A stretch of 64,000 bases of DNA, from positions 1-64,000 of IMG/VR virus record IMGVR_UViG_3300050821_010764, one strand, 5' to 3'. The notes beneath the pieces are model-generated. The model was not told where the DNA came from and made no database searches. It saw nothing but the letters and a program-made list of their open reading frames with translations. This DNA comes from a virus. A program made the translations under genes and the position numbers. Positions 45,759 through 56,450 of this stretch are shown here, piece by piece; within the stretch, counting starts at the first letter, position 1; every line of letters starts with the position of its first letter.

Positions 45759-46424
45759 ATGGCGAATTACAGCATAAACTCTATTGAGGACCTGAGACGT
45801 AAAGTAACTCAAGTACACGAATACATTGCAACTTCTTATCATGAAGCCGGGCATACCATTTACGGCTTACTTCATTTCATGAAAATTGAATCAGTTTACG
45901 TATTTGAACATAAAAAGTCCAAGAGAATCGAAGGTTTTACTCATTATGAGTCTCCGCCTTTGAAAGAAATTACGGATAATAGTCTGTTAATGGACCGTGT
46001 TTTAGCTGAAGTTTGTTTATCTTACGCTGGTTTGGTAGCTGAAAAACACCAATTCAAGCTCTTTTCTGGTTCCGATAAGTTCCCGTCTTTTCTAAAAGAC
46101 GGATCTTCCAATGACACGATGGAGGCGGCAACGCTAATTAAAAAGTATAACGTGGCGCCACCTGGAAGAAAAAGATACGAATTCAAAAAGAAAATGATTA
46201 AGAAGGTCTCTTTGGAATTGCAGGATAATTGGGACGCGGTTACATTAGTAGCACACGCATTGTTCCAAAAGAAAAAGTTATATTTTGCAGATTTGAAAGA
46301 GCTGCTAACTAAAAAGACCAAGAACAAAAAGTTCTGGAAGGAACAATTTAAGACTCTAGCCACCATTTACGATTTTGACGATGGGCTTTATCGTTTTCCA
46401 ATCAGCATTCTTACCCATCATTAA
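45759..46424 (+). CDS. Stand-alone M41 (FtsH-type) zinc metallopeptidase domain
   Basis: TSYHEAGH, AGLVAE, GSSND and VAHAL. Confidence 0.65.
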   Translation: MANYSINSIEDLRRKVTQVHEYIATSYHEAGHTIYGLLHFMKIESVYVFEHKKSKRIEGFTHYESPPLKEITDNSLLMDRVLAEVCLSYAGLVAEKHQFKLFSGSDKFPSFLKDGSSNDTMEAATLIKKYNVAPPGRKRYEFKKKMIKKVSLELQDNWDAVTLVAHALFQKKKLYFADLKELLTKKTKNKKFWKEQFKTLATIYDFDDGLYRFPISILTHH

Positions 46425-46531
46425 TCACCGTATTCCCTGATAAAGCATACGCAGCCTATCCTTAGGCTGAACAGCTCCATACGTGAGTCGATATGCACTT
46501 TGTCATAATACACAACCAATAGGAAAGTACT

Positions 46532-49500
46532 ATGACCGATTTTGTCTCGCTCCATAATCAAACCGATTTTTCCATTCTTGATTCTCTCATTTCGCCCAAA
46601 ACGCTTTTTTATCGCGCCAAAGAATTAGGGCAGACAGCCATTGCAATCACTGACCACGGCACTTTAGCAGCCGCCTGGGATGCCCTCAAAGCTTCCAGAG
46701 AAACTGGTGTCAAACTGATTATGGGCTGCGAATGTTATTTCGTCGATGATGCCACCAACGTAACCGACAAATTTCGTCATGTTGTTCTGTTGGCAAAAAA
46801 CGCAGTAGGCTATCGTAACCTGCTCACCCTCAACAAAAAGGGTTTCGATCAGGGTTCTTTCTTGGGGAAGCGCGTGTATCCAATTGTGGATTGGAAATTA
46901 TTAGCACAACACGCCGAAGGACTTATTTGTCTAACGGCTTGTGGTAATGGTATCATCAATCAGTTACTGATGAACAAGAAATTTGAGGAAGCAGGGCAGA
47001 CACTACTTCGATTGAAGGTTTTATTTGGTGACAATTTGGGATTGGAAATCCAACCCAACAACATGAAACGTGGTGGGAACATCTACAACGATGAGATCGA
47101 TCAACAGTTTCTCAATCGCCGACTTATTGAGCTGGGCAAAACCCACGGCATCAGGGTAGTACCGGCATGTAATGCTCACTATATTAAGAAAGAAGACTCA
47201 GATACTCATGATGTCTTTCTGGCTATTGGTTCACATCAACCAAAGTATTCTAATTTTAGACTCCGATACAATGTGCCTGATTTTTATCTGAAGACGGGCG
47301 AGGAGGTAGTGAATTTCTTTGCCAGAAATTATGGGGAAGAATTTGCTAAAGAAGCCTGTGCCAACACGACTTACTTTGCCAGCTTGTGTGAGAAACCGGA
47401 TTGGATTGACCCTAAGTTCTCCAATCCATCTGGGAAAGAATTGCCAATCTTCCCAGTCAAAGATGAACCAGATTATGCGGAGTTTTTAGAGTGGGAACTA
47501 AAACAACCTGAAGATGTCCAAAGGTTGGATGAAGATAAAGTCTTTTTGCGATATAAATGTGAGCAGGCTTTTGAATCCAGAATCAAGGGTATCAACGACG
47601 AGAATCGTAAGCAGTATCAAGATCGATTGATAGAAGAGTTGGATGTTATTGAGTTTCACGGATTCTCCAGCTACATGCTCATCGTGGCAGATTTTATTGA
47701 CTGGGCACGCAAACACGATATTGCCGTTGGAGATGGTCGAGGATCTGTCGGTGGTTCGTTGATTGGATTCTTATTAGGAATTCATCAAGCGGATCCCATC
47801 AAGTATAACTTGATTTTTGCTAGATTCCATAACAAGGAAAAGTCTAGCTTTCCAGATATTGATACAGACTTTGCTCCCAGCGGGCGAGCTTTGGTACAGG
47901 AATATCTGCGTAAAAAGTATGGAGAAGACCATGTGGCTCACGTATCTAACGTCAATACCATCACGCCAAAGGTATACGTTCGAGACATCGCCCGTGCCTG
48001 CGAGATAGGCGGCTCCAAAGACGAAGCGATTAGAATCGGTACAGAGGCAGCAGACTGCATCCCAGCAGACATTCATTCTATTGATGATGCCTTGGCTAAG
48101 GTGCCATTGTTTGCTGAGTATTGCAAAAGATATCCTCAATTCATAGAGTACAAAAGCATTTGTGGTAAGTATCGTGCATGGTCGACACACGCAGGTGGTA
48201 TTATCATTTCAGCTCGACCTTTGACTGGATTGATACCACTTAGAAAAGATAAAGATGGTTCTCTTGCCATTGAGTATGATAAAGACAAAGCCGAAGAAAA
48301 CGGATTGGTCAAGATGGATACTTTGGGTCTATCTACTTTGGATATCATTGGTGAGACCTACAAGATCATCAGGGCTCGTGGTAAAGTGCCACCTCCTGAT
48401 CCGTTAGATTACGATGCTCCTGATAAGGAAGCTTACGACCTAATTACCAAGGGAGATACTTTCTGCGTGTTCCAGTTGGGAACCAGCGGAGGCACCATTG
48501 ATTTATGCCGTCGTATCAAACCAGAAAACATCAACGACTTAGCCAACATCAATGCTTTGGCGAGACCATCAGCTCGTGATATGCGCAACGACTTCATCAA
48601 GACCAGAGATGGTGAGAAGAAGATGACGTTACTACATCCTAAACTAGGAAGAGCTTTCAATAGCACTTATGGTTTCGGCTTGTATGAAGAGTGTCTGATG
48701 TATTTGGCACAAGACGTGGCTGGTTGGAGTTTACACTCAGCTGACCGTTTGCGTAAACTGACTAAAGAAAAGGGTAAAAACCCCAAGAAAGCTCAGGCAT
48801 GGAGAACGGAATTCATTGAAGACGCTATCAAGCAAGGTGTTAGCGAGCCCATTGCCAAACGTATCTGGGATGAAGTTGTAGATAAGTTCCAGGGCTATGG
48901 TTTCAATGTATCTCACGCTGTATTGTATTCCATGACGGGATTCAAGACCGCAGCATTAAAGGCTCATTTTCCAGTAGAATTCTTATTGGCTAATTTGATG
49001 GCTGAAGTTAAATCCAACAATCCAGATGCCAGAGGCAATATTGAGAAAATCAAAAAAGAACTAAGGGGTCATAAAGTTAAGATTCTTCCACCAGATATCA
49101 ACACCTCACAGTTGACTTATACCATTAGTGATGGTAACAAACTATTGACGGGACTGGATGCTCTTAAGTTTGTCGGCGAGGATGCTATCAAGGACATTAT
49201 TGAAAAAAGACCATTCAACAGTTTCTTTGATTTCATGGCGAGAGTAGATTCCAAGAAGGTGAGAGCCAATAGCATTCAAGCTTTGGCATCAGCCGGTGCC
49301 ATGGATTCTTTCAAGATTCCTCGCAAGCTCATCTATCTATACTGCTCAGATTATCGTAAGAAATTACAGGTCTGGTTGAAGAAGCATGATCCGAAAATTG
49401 ATCAGTTTGTTTATCCTTGGCCTGCCGAAGCTGATTGGAAACTATCGGAGCTATATGCCATGGAACAGTTCTTCTTGGGAGAATCTTTCACTTGTAAGCC

Positions 49501-50050
49501 ACCGGATGCATATGGCAAGTTCTTTAAAGATAATCATGTGACCATTTATGAAATCAAGAAAGCTAAAGACAAAACCAAACTATCTCCCATCAAGGGAATT
49601 GTTAGGGGTTTCTTTGAATTCAAGGTTAAGAAAGAAACTAGCAAATATTATGGTCAATCTATGATCAAAGCCATTCTGGAAGACAAGAATGGTGATCAAT
49701 GCAGTTGTACTATCTTTCCAGATAGATGGAAGCAGGTACAAGATCGTATCAAAGAGTTACATTCTAAGGCTGTGTTTAACTCAGGAATTGCCTTGTGTTT
49801 TGCCGGCAACACCAATAACTATGAAGATGATATCGGAATCATTTTGGATGATTTGTATAATGTGGCAGATATTCCAGCACTGCCCGCTGATTTAAAAGCC
49901 AAGAAGGTTAATTTGAAAGAAGCTAAGGCGAAATTAGCCAAGGATACTACTGAAAAGCCTAGTGAATCCAAGGATTTATTGGAAGAAATCGAGGACATGC
50001 TTTATGACGAAGGACTTATCGATTTAGATGACGAGTCCGAAGATGACTGA
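46532..50050 (+). CDS. dnaE: DNA polymerase III alpha subunit
   Basis: PHP domain (SLHNQT, ITDHG), GRGSVGGS, FPDIDTDF, KMDTLGL and GYGFN.SHA. Confidence 0.95.
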   Translation: MTDFVSLHNQTDFSILDSLISPKTLFYRAKELGQTAIAITDHGTLAAAWDALKASRETGVKLIMGCECYFVDDATNVTDKFRHVVLLAKNAVGYRNLLTLNKKGFDQGSFLGKRVYPIVDWKLLAQHAEGLICLTACGNGIINQLLMNKKFEEAGQTLLRLKVLFGDNLGLEIQPNNMKRGGNIYNDEIDQQFLNRRLIELGKTHGIRVVPACNAHYIKKEDSDTHDVFLAIGSHQPKYSNFRLRYNVPDFYLKTGEEVVNFFARNYGEEFAKEACANTTYFASLCEKPDWIDPKFSNPSGKELPIFPVKDEPDYAEFLEWELKQPEDVQRLDEDKVFLRYKCEQAFESRIKGINDENRKQYQDRLIEELDVIEFHGFSSYMLIVADFIDWARKHDIAVGDGRGSVGGSLIGFLLGIHQADPIKYNLIFARFHNKEKSSFPDIDTDFAPSGRALVQEYLRKKYGEDHVAHVSNVNTITPKVYVRDIARACEIGGSKDEAIRIGTEAADCIPADIHSIDDALAKVPLFAEYCKRYPQFIEYKSICGKYRAWSTHAGGIIISARPLTGLIPLRKDKDGSLAIEYDKDKAEENGLVKMDTLGLSTLDIIGETYKIIRARGKVPPPDPLDYDAPDKEAYDLITKGDTFCVFQLGTSGGTIDLCRRIKPENINDLANINALARPSARDMRNDFIKTRDGEKKMTLLHPKLGRAFNSTYGFGLYEECLMYLAQDVAGWSLHSADRLRKLTKEKGKNPKKAQAWRTEFIEDAIKQGVSEPIAKRIWDEVVDKFQGYGFNVSHAVLYSMTGFKTAALKAHFPVEFLLANLMAEVKSNNPDARGNIEKIKKELRGHKVKILPPDINTSQLTYTISDGNKLLTGLDALKFVGEDAIKDIIEKRPFNSFFDFMARVDSKKVRANSIQALASAGAMDSFKIPRKLIYLYCSDYRKKLQVWLKKHDPKIDQFVYPWPAEADWKLSELYAMEQFFLGESFTCKPPDAYGKFFKDNHVTIYEIKKAKDKTKLSPIKGIVRGFFEFKVKKETSKYYGQSMIKAILEDKNGDQCSCTIFPDRWKQVQDRIKELHSKAVFNSGIALCFAGNTNNYEDDIGIILDDLYNVADIPALPADLKAKKVNLKEAKAKLAKDTTEKPSESKDLLEEIEDMLYDEGLIDLDDESEDD

Positions 50051-50153
50051 TATATACGATATCAGATAATAATAAAATCGACTGAAAACACCCTTAAAGT
50101 CGAAAAATGATATAAATGATAGTATCTGTATATGCATAACGAGGAATGAAGTC

Positions 50154-51071
50154 ATGAAGCTAAAAGATTGGGCAGATAAACAGGGAATTTCTTACTTGAC
50201 GGCGTGGCGCTGGTTTAAGGCGGGAGACCCTCGTTTGTCACATGCATACCAATCTGATTCGGGCACGATAATTGTGCCTGAGGATAATGATTCCTCGGAG
50301 AAGTCAATGGGTATCACTCAATCTAATGATGTAATGTCTATGGTTCTTAAGAAGACCGTAGAACTCAGCAAAAACAATTCTTCTATTGAAGATTTTGCTG
50401 CTTGGATTCTTTCTACTTTCAATCTCAAATTAAACACTGTGAATGAAGGTCCTAGATACTCCAGAAATAAACCAGCGCCTGAGATGGTTCAAAACCATTT
50501 CAAGCAGTTCCTAAAGCCAAAAGGTGATAAGCCAAAGCCAAATATGTTCGTTGCAGAGCCAGAAGCTTTCGATGATTTGATGGCAAAAGCTGATGACCTG
50601 ACCACTCAGGAATTGGTAGATGAAATTCACAAGATTGGTGCAGAGGGTGGCGTCTCCGTCAACCCAACCGATGCTCCAGAAGTGGGAGAATTAATGAAAG
50701 ATCTTTCTGCTTTTATCGATCCTTCATTGAAAGCTTCCAGCGTGAAGTTCTACAATGAAAACAAATTTACTGAAGGCGGCGTTACAAGAAGCGTTGATTT
50801 AACTCCACAACTCAACTATACCGGCTCGACTAATTCCGCCTTCAGTAATAACTCTTTGTCTGTGGCAAGTACCCTTGCAGACGGCGGAAGCGCCTTCAAT
50901 AGTGTGTATGTCAGTGCTGATGTTTCTGGACCGAATACCTTCGGCGGCACCAGTATAGCCTCTCATTTTCAACCAACTCAAAAAGAAACTGAGTTAGTTG
51001 CTCGTGCCACCGAGCTTGTTGATAAAAGAAGAAGAGGCAGAAAACCATCCAAGATTACAGGAAATAAATAA
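50154..51071 (+). CDS. Protein with N-terminal IS607-TnpA-like MerR HTH and unrelated C-terminus
   Basis: MKLKDWA..QGISYLTAWRWFKAG...SGTIIV; no serine recombinase motif follows. Confidence 0.65.
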   Translation: MKLKDWADKQGISYLTAWRWFKAGDPRLSHAYQSDSGTIIVPEDNDSSEKSMGITQSNDVMSMVLKKTVELSKNNSSIEDFAAWILSTFNLKLNTVNEGPRYSRNKPAPEMVQNHFKQFLKPKGDKPKPNMFVAEPEAFDDLMAKADDLTTQELVDEIHKIGAEGGVSVNPTDAPEVGELMKDLSAFIDPSLKASSVKFYNENKFTEGGVTRSVDLTPQLNYTGSTNSAFSNNSLSVASTLADGGSAFNSVYVSADVSGPNTFGGTSIASHFQPTQKETELVARATELVDKRRRGRKPSKITGNK

Positions 51072-51580
51072 TGAAGCTCTTTAAAGCTATTGGTGCCTGG
51101 TTCCGTGCCAAGTATATCGGAATCGTAGAATATGTGACTCTTTCTCTATTAGCCATCACTGGTAGATATGTTCGTAAACTCATCATTCTAAAAGGTAAAG
51201 ATCCAGATTATGTGGCGCCTCCAGCACCACCTCCAGCTCCTCCTAAGGTCTATCCAGAATATAATCCATTGGAAGCTCAACAGAAACTGGCGACCTACTA
51301 TACTTCTAAGAAGCCATCCTGGACTACTAGTTCGCAGGATTCCTGGGTAAAACAACCTAGTAAGCATCCAGTTTTGGCAGCTAGAAAACAGTTTGAGGAA
51401 CATCTTATTGCTAAAGCTGCTGTTGTCGCCACAACTTCTGTTGTTTCGGAACCTCAGCCACCTTCATTGACACCAGAAGAGGCTAAGGAAATTCTACAAC
51501 CATTAAATGACCCTGGTTTTGCATCAAAAGAGTGGCTAGAAGTTGTTCAGTCCGCAGCAGGTGAAGGAGAAGTCAAGTGA
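51071..51580 (+). CDS. Hypothetical protein
   Basis: 169-aa ORF. Confidence 0.65.
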   Translation: MKLFKAIGAWFRAKYIGIVEYVTLSLLAITGRYVRKLIILKGKDPDYVAPPAPPPAPPKVYPEYNPLEAQQKLATYYTSKKPSWTTSSQDSWVKQPSKHPVLAARKQFEEHLIAKAAVVATTSVVSEPQPPSLTPEEAKEILQPLNDPGFASKEWLEVVQSAAGEGEVK

Positions 51581-52353
51581 AAGCATTAACAGATTTATTA
51601 CAAAAACATCCAGAAGTATTGAACAAATATGTTTCCATAGGTTTTGCCTTAGTAGACAAGACTGTTGCCCCAATTAATAAGTTCATGCAACATTTGATGG
51701 TAGTTCAAGGAATTGATCCTAACACCCAGCCTGGTGAAAAGGAAAGAAAAGCTCTTGAAGATATGTTGAACAATGTCGATGATTCGGAAGAGTTTGAGGA
51801 AAATTTTGATTTTGCTCCAGCATTGAAAGCTTTTGATAAGACCAACAAGAAGCTACAACATCTTCATCTAACTAAAGAAAAGTTCAAAGATTTGACTGAT
51901 GTATCTCAATTGGGTGTAGCTCAGCCTTCATTACAGAGAACTAAGCCCGCTAAGATTTTCAATTCCGAAGGTTTATTGAATTCTGGTTCTCTCAAAGAAG
52001 CCCTTCAAACTCTCAAGAAATACGCTGAAGAATTAGAATTTGATAAAGACGAATCAACCCAGCTGTCTCCCAAATTAGCTAAAGCTCGTGAGTTAACACA
52101 ACAAATGGTAGACAGAGGACTGTTAGATTCTAGTGTCAAAGCGTTTCAAGCTCAGGTAGATGAAATTCTAAAGTTCAGTGATGATGCTTTAACTTCATTA
52201 GAGAAAGTAATTTTAAGACACCCTAAGACAGAACCTAAAAATGCTACTTCTCGTCAAAGTGTAGCAGTGGGTAAAAACAAGAAAACTAGAGCTAAAGCTA
52301 AAGTAACTAAGAGTTTCAAAGGTTGTTTTAGAAGAGTGTCTGATAAAGAATAA
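51577..52353 (+). CDS. Hypothetical protein
   Basis: 258-aa ORF, GTGA overlap. Confidence 0.7.
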   Translation: MKALTDLLQKHPEVLNKYVSIGFALVDKTVAPINKFMQHLMVVQGIDPNTQPGEKERKALEDMLNNVDDSEEFEENFDFAPALKAFDKTNKKLQHLHLTKEKFKDLTDVSQLGVAQPSLQRTKPAKIFNSEGLLNSGSLKEALQTLKKYAEELEFDKDESTQLSPKLAKARELTQQMVDRGLLDSSVKAFQAQVDEILKFSDDALTSLEKVILRHPKTEPKNATSRQSVAVGKNKKTRAKAKVTKSFKGCFRRVSDKE

Positions 52354-52376
52354 TCTCGTATAATATCTGAGGTAAA

Positions 52377-52802
52377 ATGCCAATTAGAACGGTCAAACAA
52401 TATACAGATAGAGGAAAGATTAAGGATTTAGTTGTCCGTTTGGGCGAAACTATTGTCCCAGAATCTGAACCATCTTCATCCGAACTTAGGATGAAGAAGC
52501 TGTATGAGTTTGCTCAGATTTGCAAAGACAAGAAATTGCAAGATGCCATTGGTTTTATTACGACAGATTACATTGCTGACAAAAACGCCATCCCGCTCAG
52601 TGCCTACCGTCTTAGACAGATGGTCGCTGATATAAAGTCTAAGTCTCCAGGAAAGATTGATGCGCTTGAGAAGCAATTTTCTGAATGTTTTGCTGAACCG
52701 TTGGATCCTGAAGCATTGGATTATCTAAACAAAAAGCATGCCCGAGTCAAGACCGCTAGTGTGCGAAAACCTCCTATTTTTTGGAGAGCGAGAAAATCAT
52801 GA
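52377..52802 (+). CDS. Hypothetical protein
   Basis: 141-aa ORF with GAGG SD. Confidence 0.7.
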   Translation: MPIRTVKQYTDRGKIKDLVVRLGETIVPESEPSSSELRMKKLYEFAQICKDKKLQDAIGFITTDYIADKNAIPLSAYRLRQMVADIKSKSPGKIDALEKQFSECFAEPLDPEALDYLNKKHARVKTASVRKPPIFWRARKS

Positions 52803-53668
52803 AGTGTATATCTTGTGAAATTGAAATCAATCCACAATGGACTCATGCCATTGATATCAATGTGTGCCCATTCTGTGGGAAACACATTATGGAAGAGCAT
52901 TTAAAGAATTTATTTGCTACTCTTCGTGAGACTATGGATTCTTTGAAAGAATATCCTGAGCAAGTAAATGATTGGATGTTATCAAACCACAATTATATCA
53001 AAACAGATTCTCCTAACATTGGACAGTACATGCCAAAGGAGATGCTTAAAGAACTTAAGAAGATTGAAGATGATAAAGAATTCCTTAAGAAGAAGGAATC
53101 TCAGAAGTCTATTGTTAAGGTCAAGACCGAACAAGGCGAAGAGGATGTGCTGGTAGAAAAGATTCAATCGGAAGAGAAGACTAATGACTTCTTTAAAAGA
53201 GCCGAAGTTATCAAGCCACAGCAAACCAATCAACAACTTGGACCCAATGTTAGTCCCAGCTTTAACTCTCCAGCAGAAAAGACTCAACATCTTAAAAAGG
53301 TATTTCAACAAATCAAGAAAGCCGGCTCTCAGGGTCTAACGGATCCTTCTGGTGGTAGTATGATGCTTCCTGCCGGTATGATGGACCAAGCTGATCCAGA
53401 AGCGGTGGCAGAATTTCAACAGATGATTTCTGGTGGTGCTGAAGTGGCGTCTTCCCTAGATGCCGAGCTAGATGACGATTTGCCGGGTGGAGACTATATC
53501 TTGCAGGCTAACATCGCCGCCGCGCAAGGAAAGGCTGCTGGAGGCTCTGGAGGCGGAGCAAATGCCAAAGACATGGCACATCTACAAAGACTACAAGCCA
53601 AGGTATCTCAGGCTCGCCGCGATGTGGTCAATGGTACAGGAGCTAAAGGCTCATTTTCACGATCATAA
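52799..53668 (+). CDS. Hypothetical protein with N-terminal Zn ribbon
   Basis: CISC...CPFCG; ATGA overlap. Confidence 0.7.
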   Translation: MKCISCEIEINPQWTHAIDINVCPFCGKHIMEEHLKNLFATLRETMDSLKEYPEQVNDWMLSNHNYIKTDSPNIGQYMPKEMLKELKKIEDDKEFLKKKESQKSIVKVKTEQGEEDVLVEKIQSEEKTNDFFKRAEVIKPQQTNQQLGPNVSPSFNSPAEKTQHLKKVFQQIKKAGSQGLTDPSGGSMMLPAGMMDQADPEAVAEFQQMISGGAEVASSLDAELDDDLPGGDYILQANIAAAQGKAAGGSGGGANAKDMAHLQRLQAKVSQARRDVVNGTGAKGSFSRS

Positions 53669-53684
53669 TTGAGGACGGTAAGTT

Positions 53685-53987
53685 ATGTCCATTAAAGTAA
53701 TTGACAATAAAAGAGTAGATATGACAGATGATGAGTGGGCTATGTACCTCAAAATCGTCAAATCATATACTACAGTTAATAACAAAGGTGAAGACCTATT
53801 CAAGAATCTGTTTGAAACGGGTCCTGATGGAATTATTATCTTTTTGAAGCCGCCTTCTACCTTTAGAACTAGCTTCGAAGTATTCTTATTTTTGATGAGT
53901 TTAATGCAGCACCAGCATCTTCGTTTGATGCACCAACAGGTGGACGACGTGTGCCAGCAGATGAAAGAAAAATTGAAGGACAAGTAA
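53685..53987 (+). CDS. Hypothetical protein
   Basis: 100-aa ORF. Confidence 0.7.
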   Translation: MSIKVIDNKRVDMTDDEWAMYLKIVKSYTTVNNKGEDLFKNLFETGPDGIIIFLKPPSTFRTSFEVFLFLMSLMQHQHLRLMHQQVDDVCQQMKEKLKDK

Positions 53988-54041
53988 TTCTATTTGTCGA
54001 GAGAAAGTTCACGATATTCTATATTACAGAAGGAAGACAAC

Positions 54042-54554
54042 ATGACCCAGCAGGTAAGACTTAGCGATTTTTTGGGCACGGAATTAGAGGAAGATTTTGC
54101 TAATTTCGATATGACTGAGATTGAGCAAGTGTTGGTAAATTTGAGAGATATCGATGCTATCGATTTGTCTCACGTAGAAATGCTACAACAGCAGTCTCTA
54201 CGAGGAGCAGATGTGATTGCAGGGTATCTAGGTAAGATGGTAAAGACAATCGGTTATCTAGAAGCGAAAGTAAACAGTACAAAGAATAAAGTGTCTTTGG
54301 AGTACTCGGCGCCAGATGGGTCAAGGACGACAGTAGACATGAAAAAATGGGCAGGAGAAAGTTCGCCCGAAGTAGAAGCAGTACAAATTAAACTAGCATA
54401 CGCTAAGGGAAGCAAGTTAGTCCTCGACCGCAAATATGAAATTTTGGTGAAGGCTCACCATCATTTTAAAGATATTGCCGCCGGGCTCCGCAAGACGATC
54501 CTCGGATATAGTCAGAGCACGACTAACGAGCCAGTCCCCAACGGCTATGAATGA
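54042..54554 (+). CDS. Hypothetical helical protein upstream of recA (UvsY-like position)
   Basis: AGGA SD before ATG 54042. Confidence 0.6.
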   Translation: MTQQVRLSDFLGTELEEDFANFDMTEIEQVLVNLRDIDAIDLSHVEMLQQQSLRGADVIAGYLGKMVKTIGYLEAKVNSTKNKVSLEYSAPDGSRTTVDMKKWAGESSPEVEAVQIKLAYAKGSKLVLDRKYEILVKAHHHFKDIAAGLRKTILGYSQSTTNEPVPNGYE

Positions 54555-55762
54555 TGGGAGATAAAATGTCGAACAAATTAGATGCGTTTTTCAAAAGTTA
54601 TGCTGACTCGGAAGAGCAAATAGATTTCAGAATGGCTCACGAAACTGTGGGCGAAAAGGTCCCAGTTATTTCGACCGGCTCCGCCGCACTAAATGATGCG
54701 CTGTCTTCTGGTGGTCTTCCAAAAGGAAGACTGATTCAATATTACGGTCCTACTGGAAGTGGTAAAACTTTGATGGCTATGATTGCCATGCTAGAAGCTC
54801 AACGCCAAGACCCCACTTCTCAACAGATGTTTATTGACGCCGAGCAAACTTTCGATCCCAATTGGGCAGAAGTTTTAGGCGTAGACACATCTCGTGTTAT
54901 TCATGTGTTCGGTGATAAAGCGGCTAATGGTCGTAAGTGTTTTGAAATGCTTTTAGGTGTTCCAAAAGAAGATGCAAAAACTCACGTACTTAAAGGTAAA
55001 TCTAAAGAAGGTTTACTAGATTTAATCAGTGCCAAAGAGTTAAACATTAACCTAATTGTTCTAGATTCACTAGGTTCAATTGTGCCTCCTGGAGAAGATA
55101 CTTCAGTAGTTGGTAAGATGAACATGGCTTTGTTAGCCAGATTCTTAACGACCACTTTCAAGAAACTCACTTTAGAAGTTAGCAAAGCAAATATTCCTTT
55201 CATCATTATCAATCACAAGAAAGATAATATGGATCCTTATGGTGCCGACCATACTTATTCAGGTGGTAACACTTACGCACACACACTAAGTGCAAATGTC
55301 TATTTCGAAGCAGTACAACGTAAAGATGCAATGATTCTTGATGAGAAAGAGAATAAGGTTGGACATCCTTTGCGAGCTACTATTGAAAAATCTAAGTTTG
55401 GACCTTGGCCAAGAAAGTGCGAATTCAAAGTAAATTTTGGAATCGGTGTTATAGACACACACGAAGAAATCGGACGCTTGGCGCTAGACTACAACGTAGT
55501 CGTCAAGACTTCCAGCGTTTCTCATGAATATGGAGACCGCAAGTGGGTTGGTGAACCCAAGTTTTTTGAAGCTGTCAAGAGTGACCCTGCATTAGCAGCT
55601 GAGTTGTTAATGAAGGCAAATGAAGCTCGCGAAGCTAAAATGGAAGCCAAGAGACAAGAACAAATTGCTAAGAGAGCAGCTTTTGAAGCCGCCGCACAAG
55701 CTGGTATCACAACACTTGATGCTGATGGTGAAAAGAAGAAAGGGAAGAAAGGTAGCAAATAA
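54551..55762 (+). CDS. recA: RecA recombinase
   Basis: ISTGS..LN.AL..GGLPKGR, YGPTGSGKT, FIDAE, IVLDS and GG. Confidence 0.92.
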   Translation: MMGDKMSNKLDAFFKSYADSEEQIDFRMAHETVGEKVPVISTGSAALNDALSSGGLPKGRLIQYYGPTGSGKTLMAMIAMLEAQRQDPTSQQMFIDAEQTFDPNWAEVLGVDTSRVIHVFGDKAANGRKCFEMLLGVPKEDAKTHVLKGKSKEGLLDLISAKELNINLIVLDSLGSIVPPGEDTSVVGKMNMALLARFLTTTFKKLTLEVSKANIPFIIINHKKDNMDPYGADHTYSGGNTYAHTLSANVYFEAVQRKDAMILDEKENKVGHPLRATIEKSKFGPWPRKCEFKVNFGIGVIDTHEEIGRLALDYNVVVKTSSVSHEYGDRKWVGEPKFFEAVKSDPALAAELLMKANEAREAKMEAKRQEQIAKRAAFEAAAQAGITTLDADGEKKKGKKGSK

Positions 55763-56103
55763 TGACCGAGAAAGATTTTGCAATAAGTGTAACTGCTGCT
55801 CCGCCAGTAGGACACATTTCTAAAAAGCCTTGTTATCTGATTACTCTCGAAGAGTCATCTGGTAAAGGCAAGAGCATTATTAGATTCATTGCGATAGATA
55901 AGCCGGCTTTTGAGACCACCTTCATTCAAGTTAAGGGCGTTTACTCTCTTCTGGGTGAAGAAGAAATCACCAAAAGATTTAGCGAGATTATTGCTTCAAC
56001 TCCTAAAGAAGAAATTGTAGATATGATGTTTCCGTCTCATAGAGTTCATAGCATCAGAAGCCTTGTTTTTAACGCAAATAAACCCTCAACACTGATCAAA
56101 TAA
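55762..56103 (+). CDS. Hypothetical protein
   Basis: 113-aa ORF. Confidence 0.65.
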   Translation: MTEKDFAISVTAAPPVGHISKKPCYLITLEESSGKGKSIIRFIAIDKPAFETTFIQVKGVYSLLGEEEITKRFSEIIASTPKEEIVDMMFPSHRVHSIRSLVFNANKPSTLIK

Positions 56104-56123
56104 TTCGATCAAAAAGTAAGAAA

Positions 56124-56450
56124 GTGAGTAATAAAATGGCATCTAATAGTAAGATAATCAATCGCAGAAATGCAGCGATTAGCCACGTCGATGACGTAGT
56201 TTTTCGAGGTATCTCTTCGGTGATAGAAAGACAATCTGCGGGCATTTGGATTGGTACAGTTACGAATTTGACAACGGCTCTTAACCGAGTTTTGAGCAAG
56301 AGACAAAGGACAATTTTACCAGGAAGTCCAGGCGCACTCAGAGTGGTAATTAATAGAGTGGTCAATAGACTACGCAATAGAGGTATCGGAGTAAGATTTA
56401 GCCGTTCCTCAGATCATACTAGAACTCGTTTCGTTAGATTTGCACGCTGA
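56124..56450 (+). CDS. Basic hypothetical protein (possible winged-helix DNA binder)
   Basis: WIGTVTNL...PGSPGAL...NRLRNRGI.V.F. Confidence 0.6.
   Translation: MSNKMASNSKIINRRNAAISHVDDVVFRGISSVIERQSAGIWIGTVTNLTTALNRVLSKRQRTILPGSPGALRVVINRVVNRLRNRGIGVRFSRSSDHTRTRFVRFAR

Noticed and set aside
50154-51071. Active IS607 element
   Set aside because: Only the HTH is present; no recombinase catalytic motif or tnpB
46532-55762. Inteins or introns in dnaE or recA
   Set aside because: Lengths are near normal and no intein splice-junction motifs or homing-endonuclease inserts were seen
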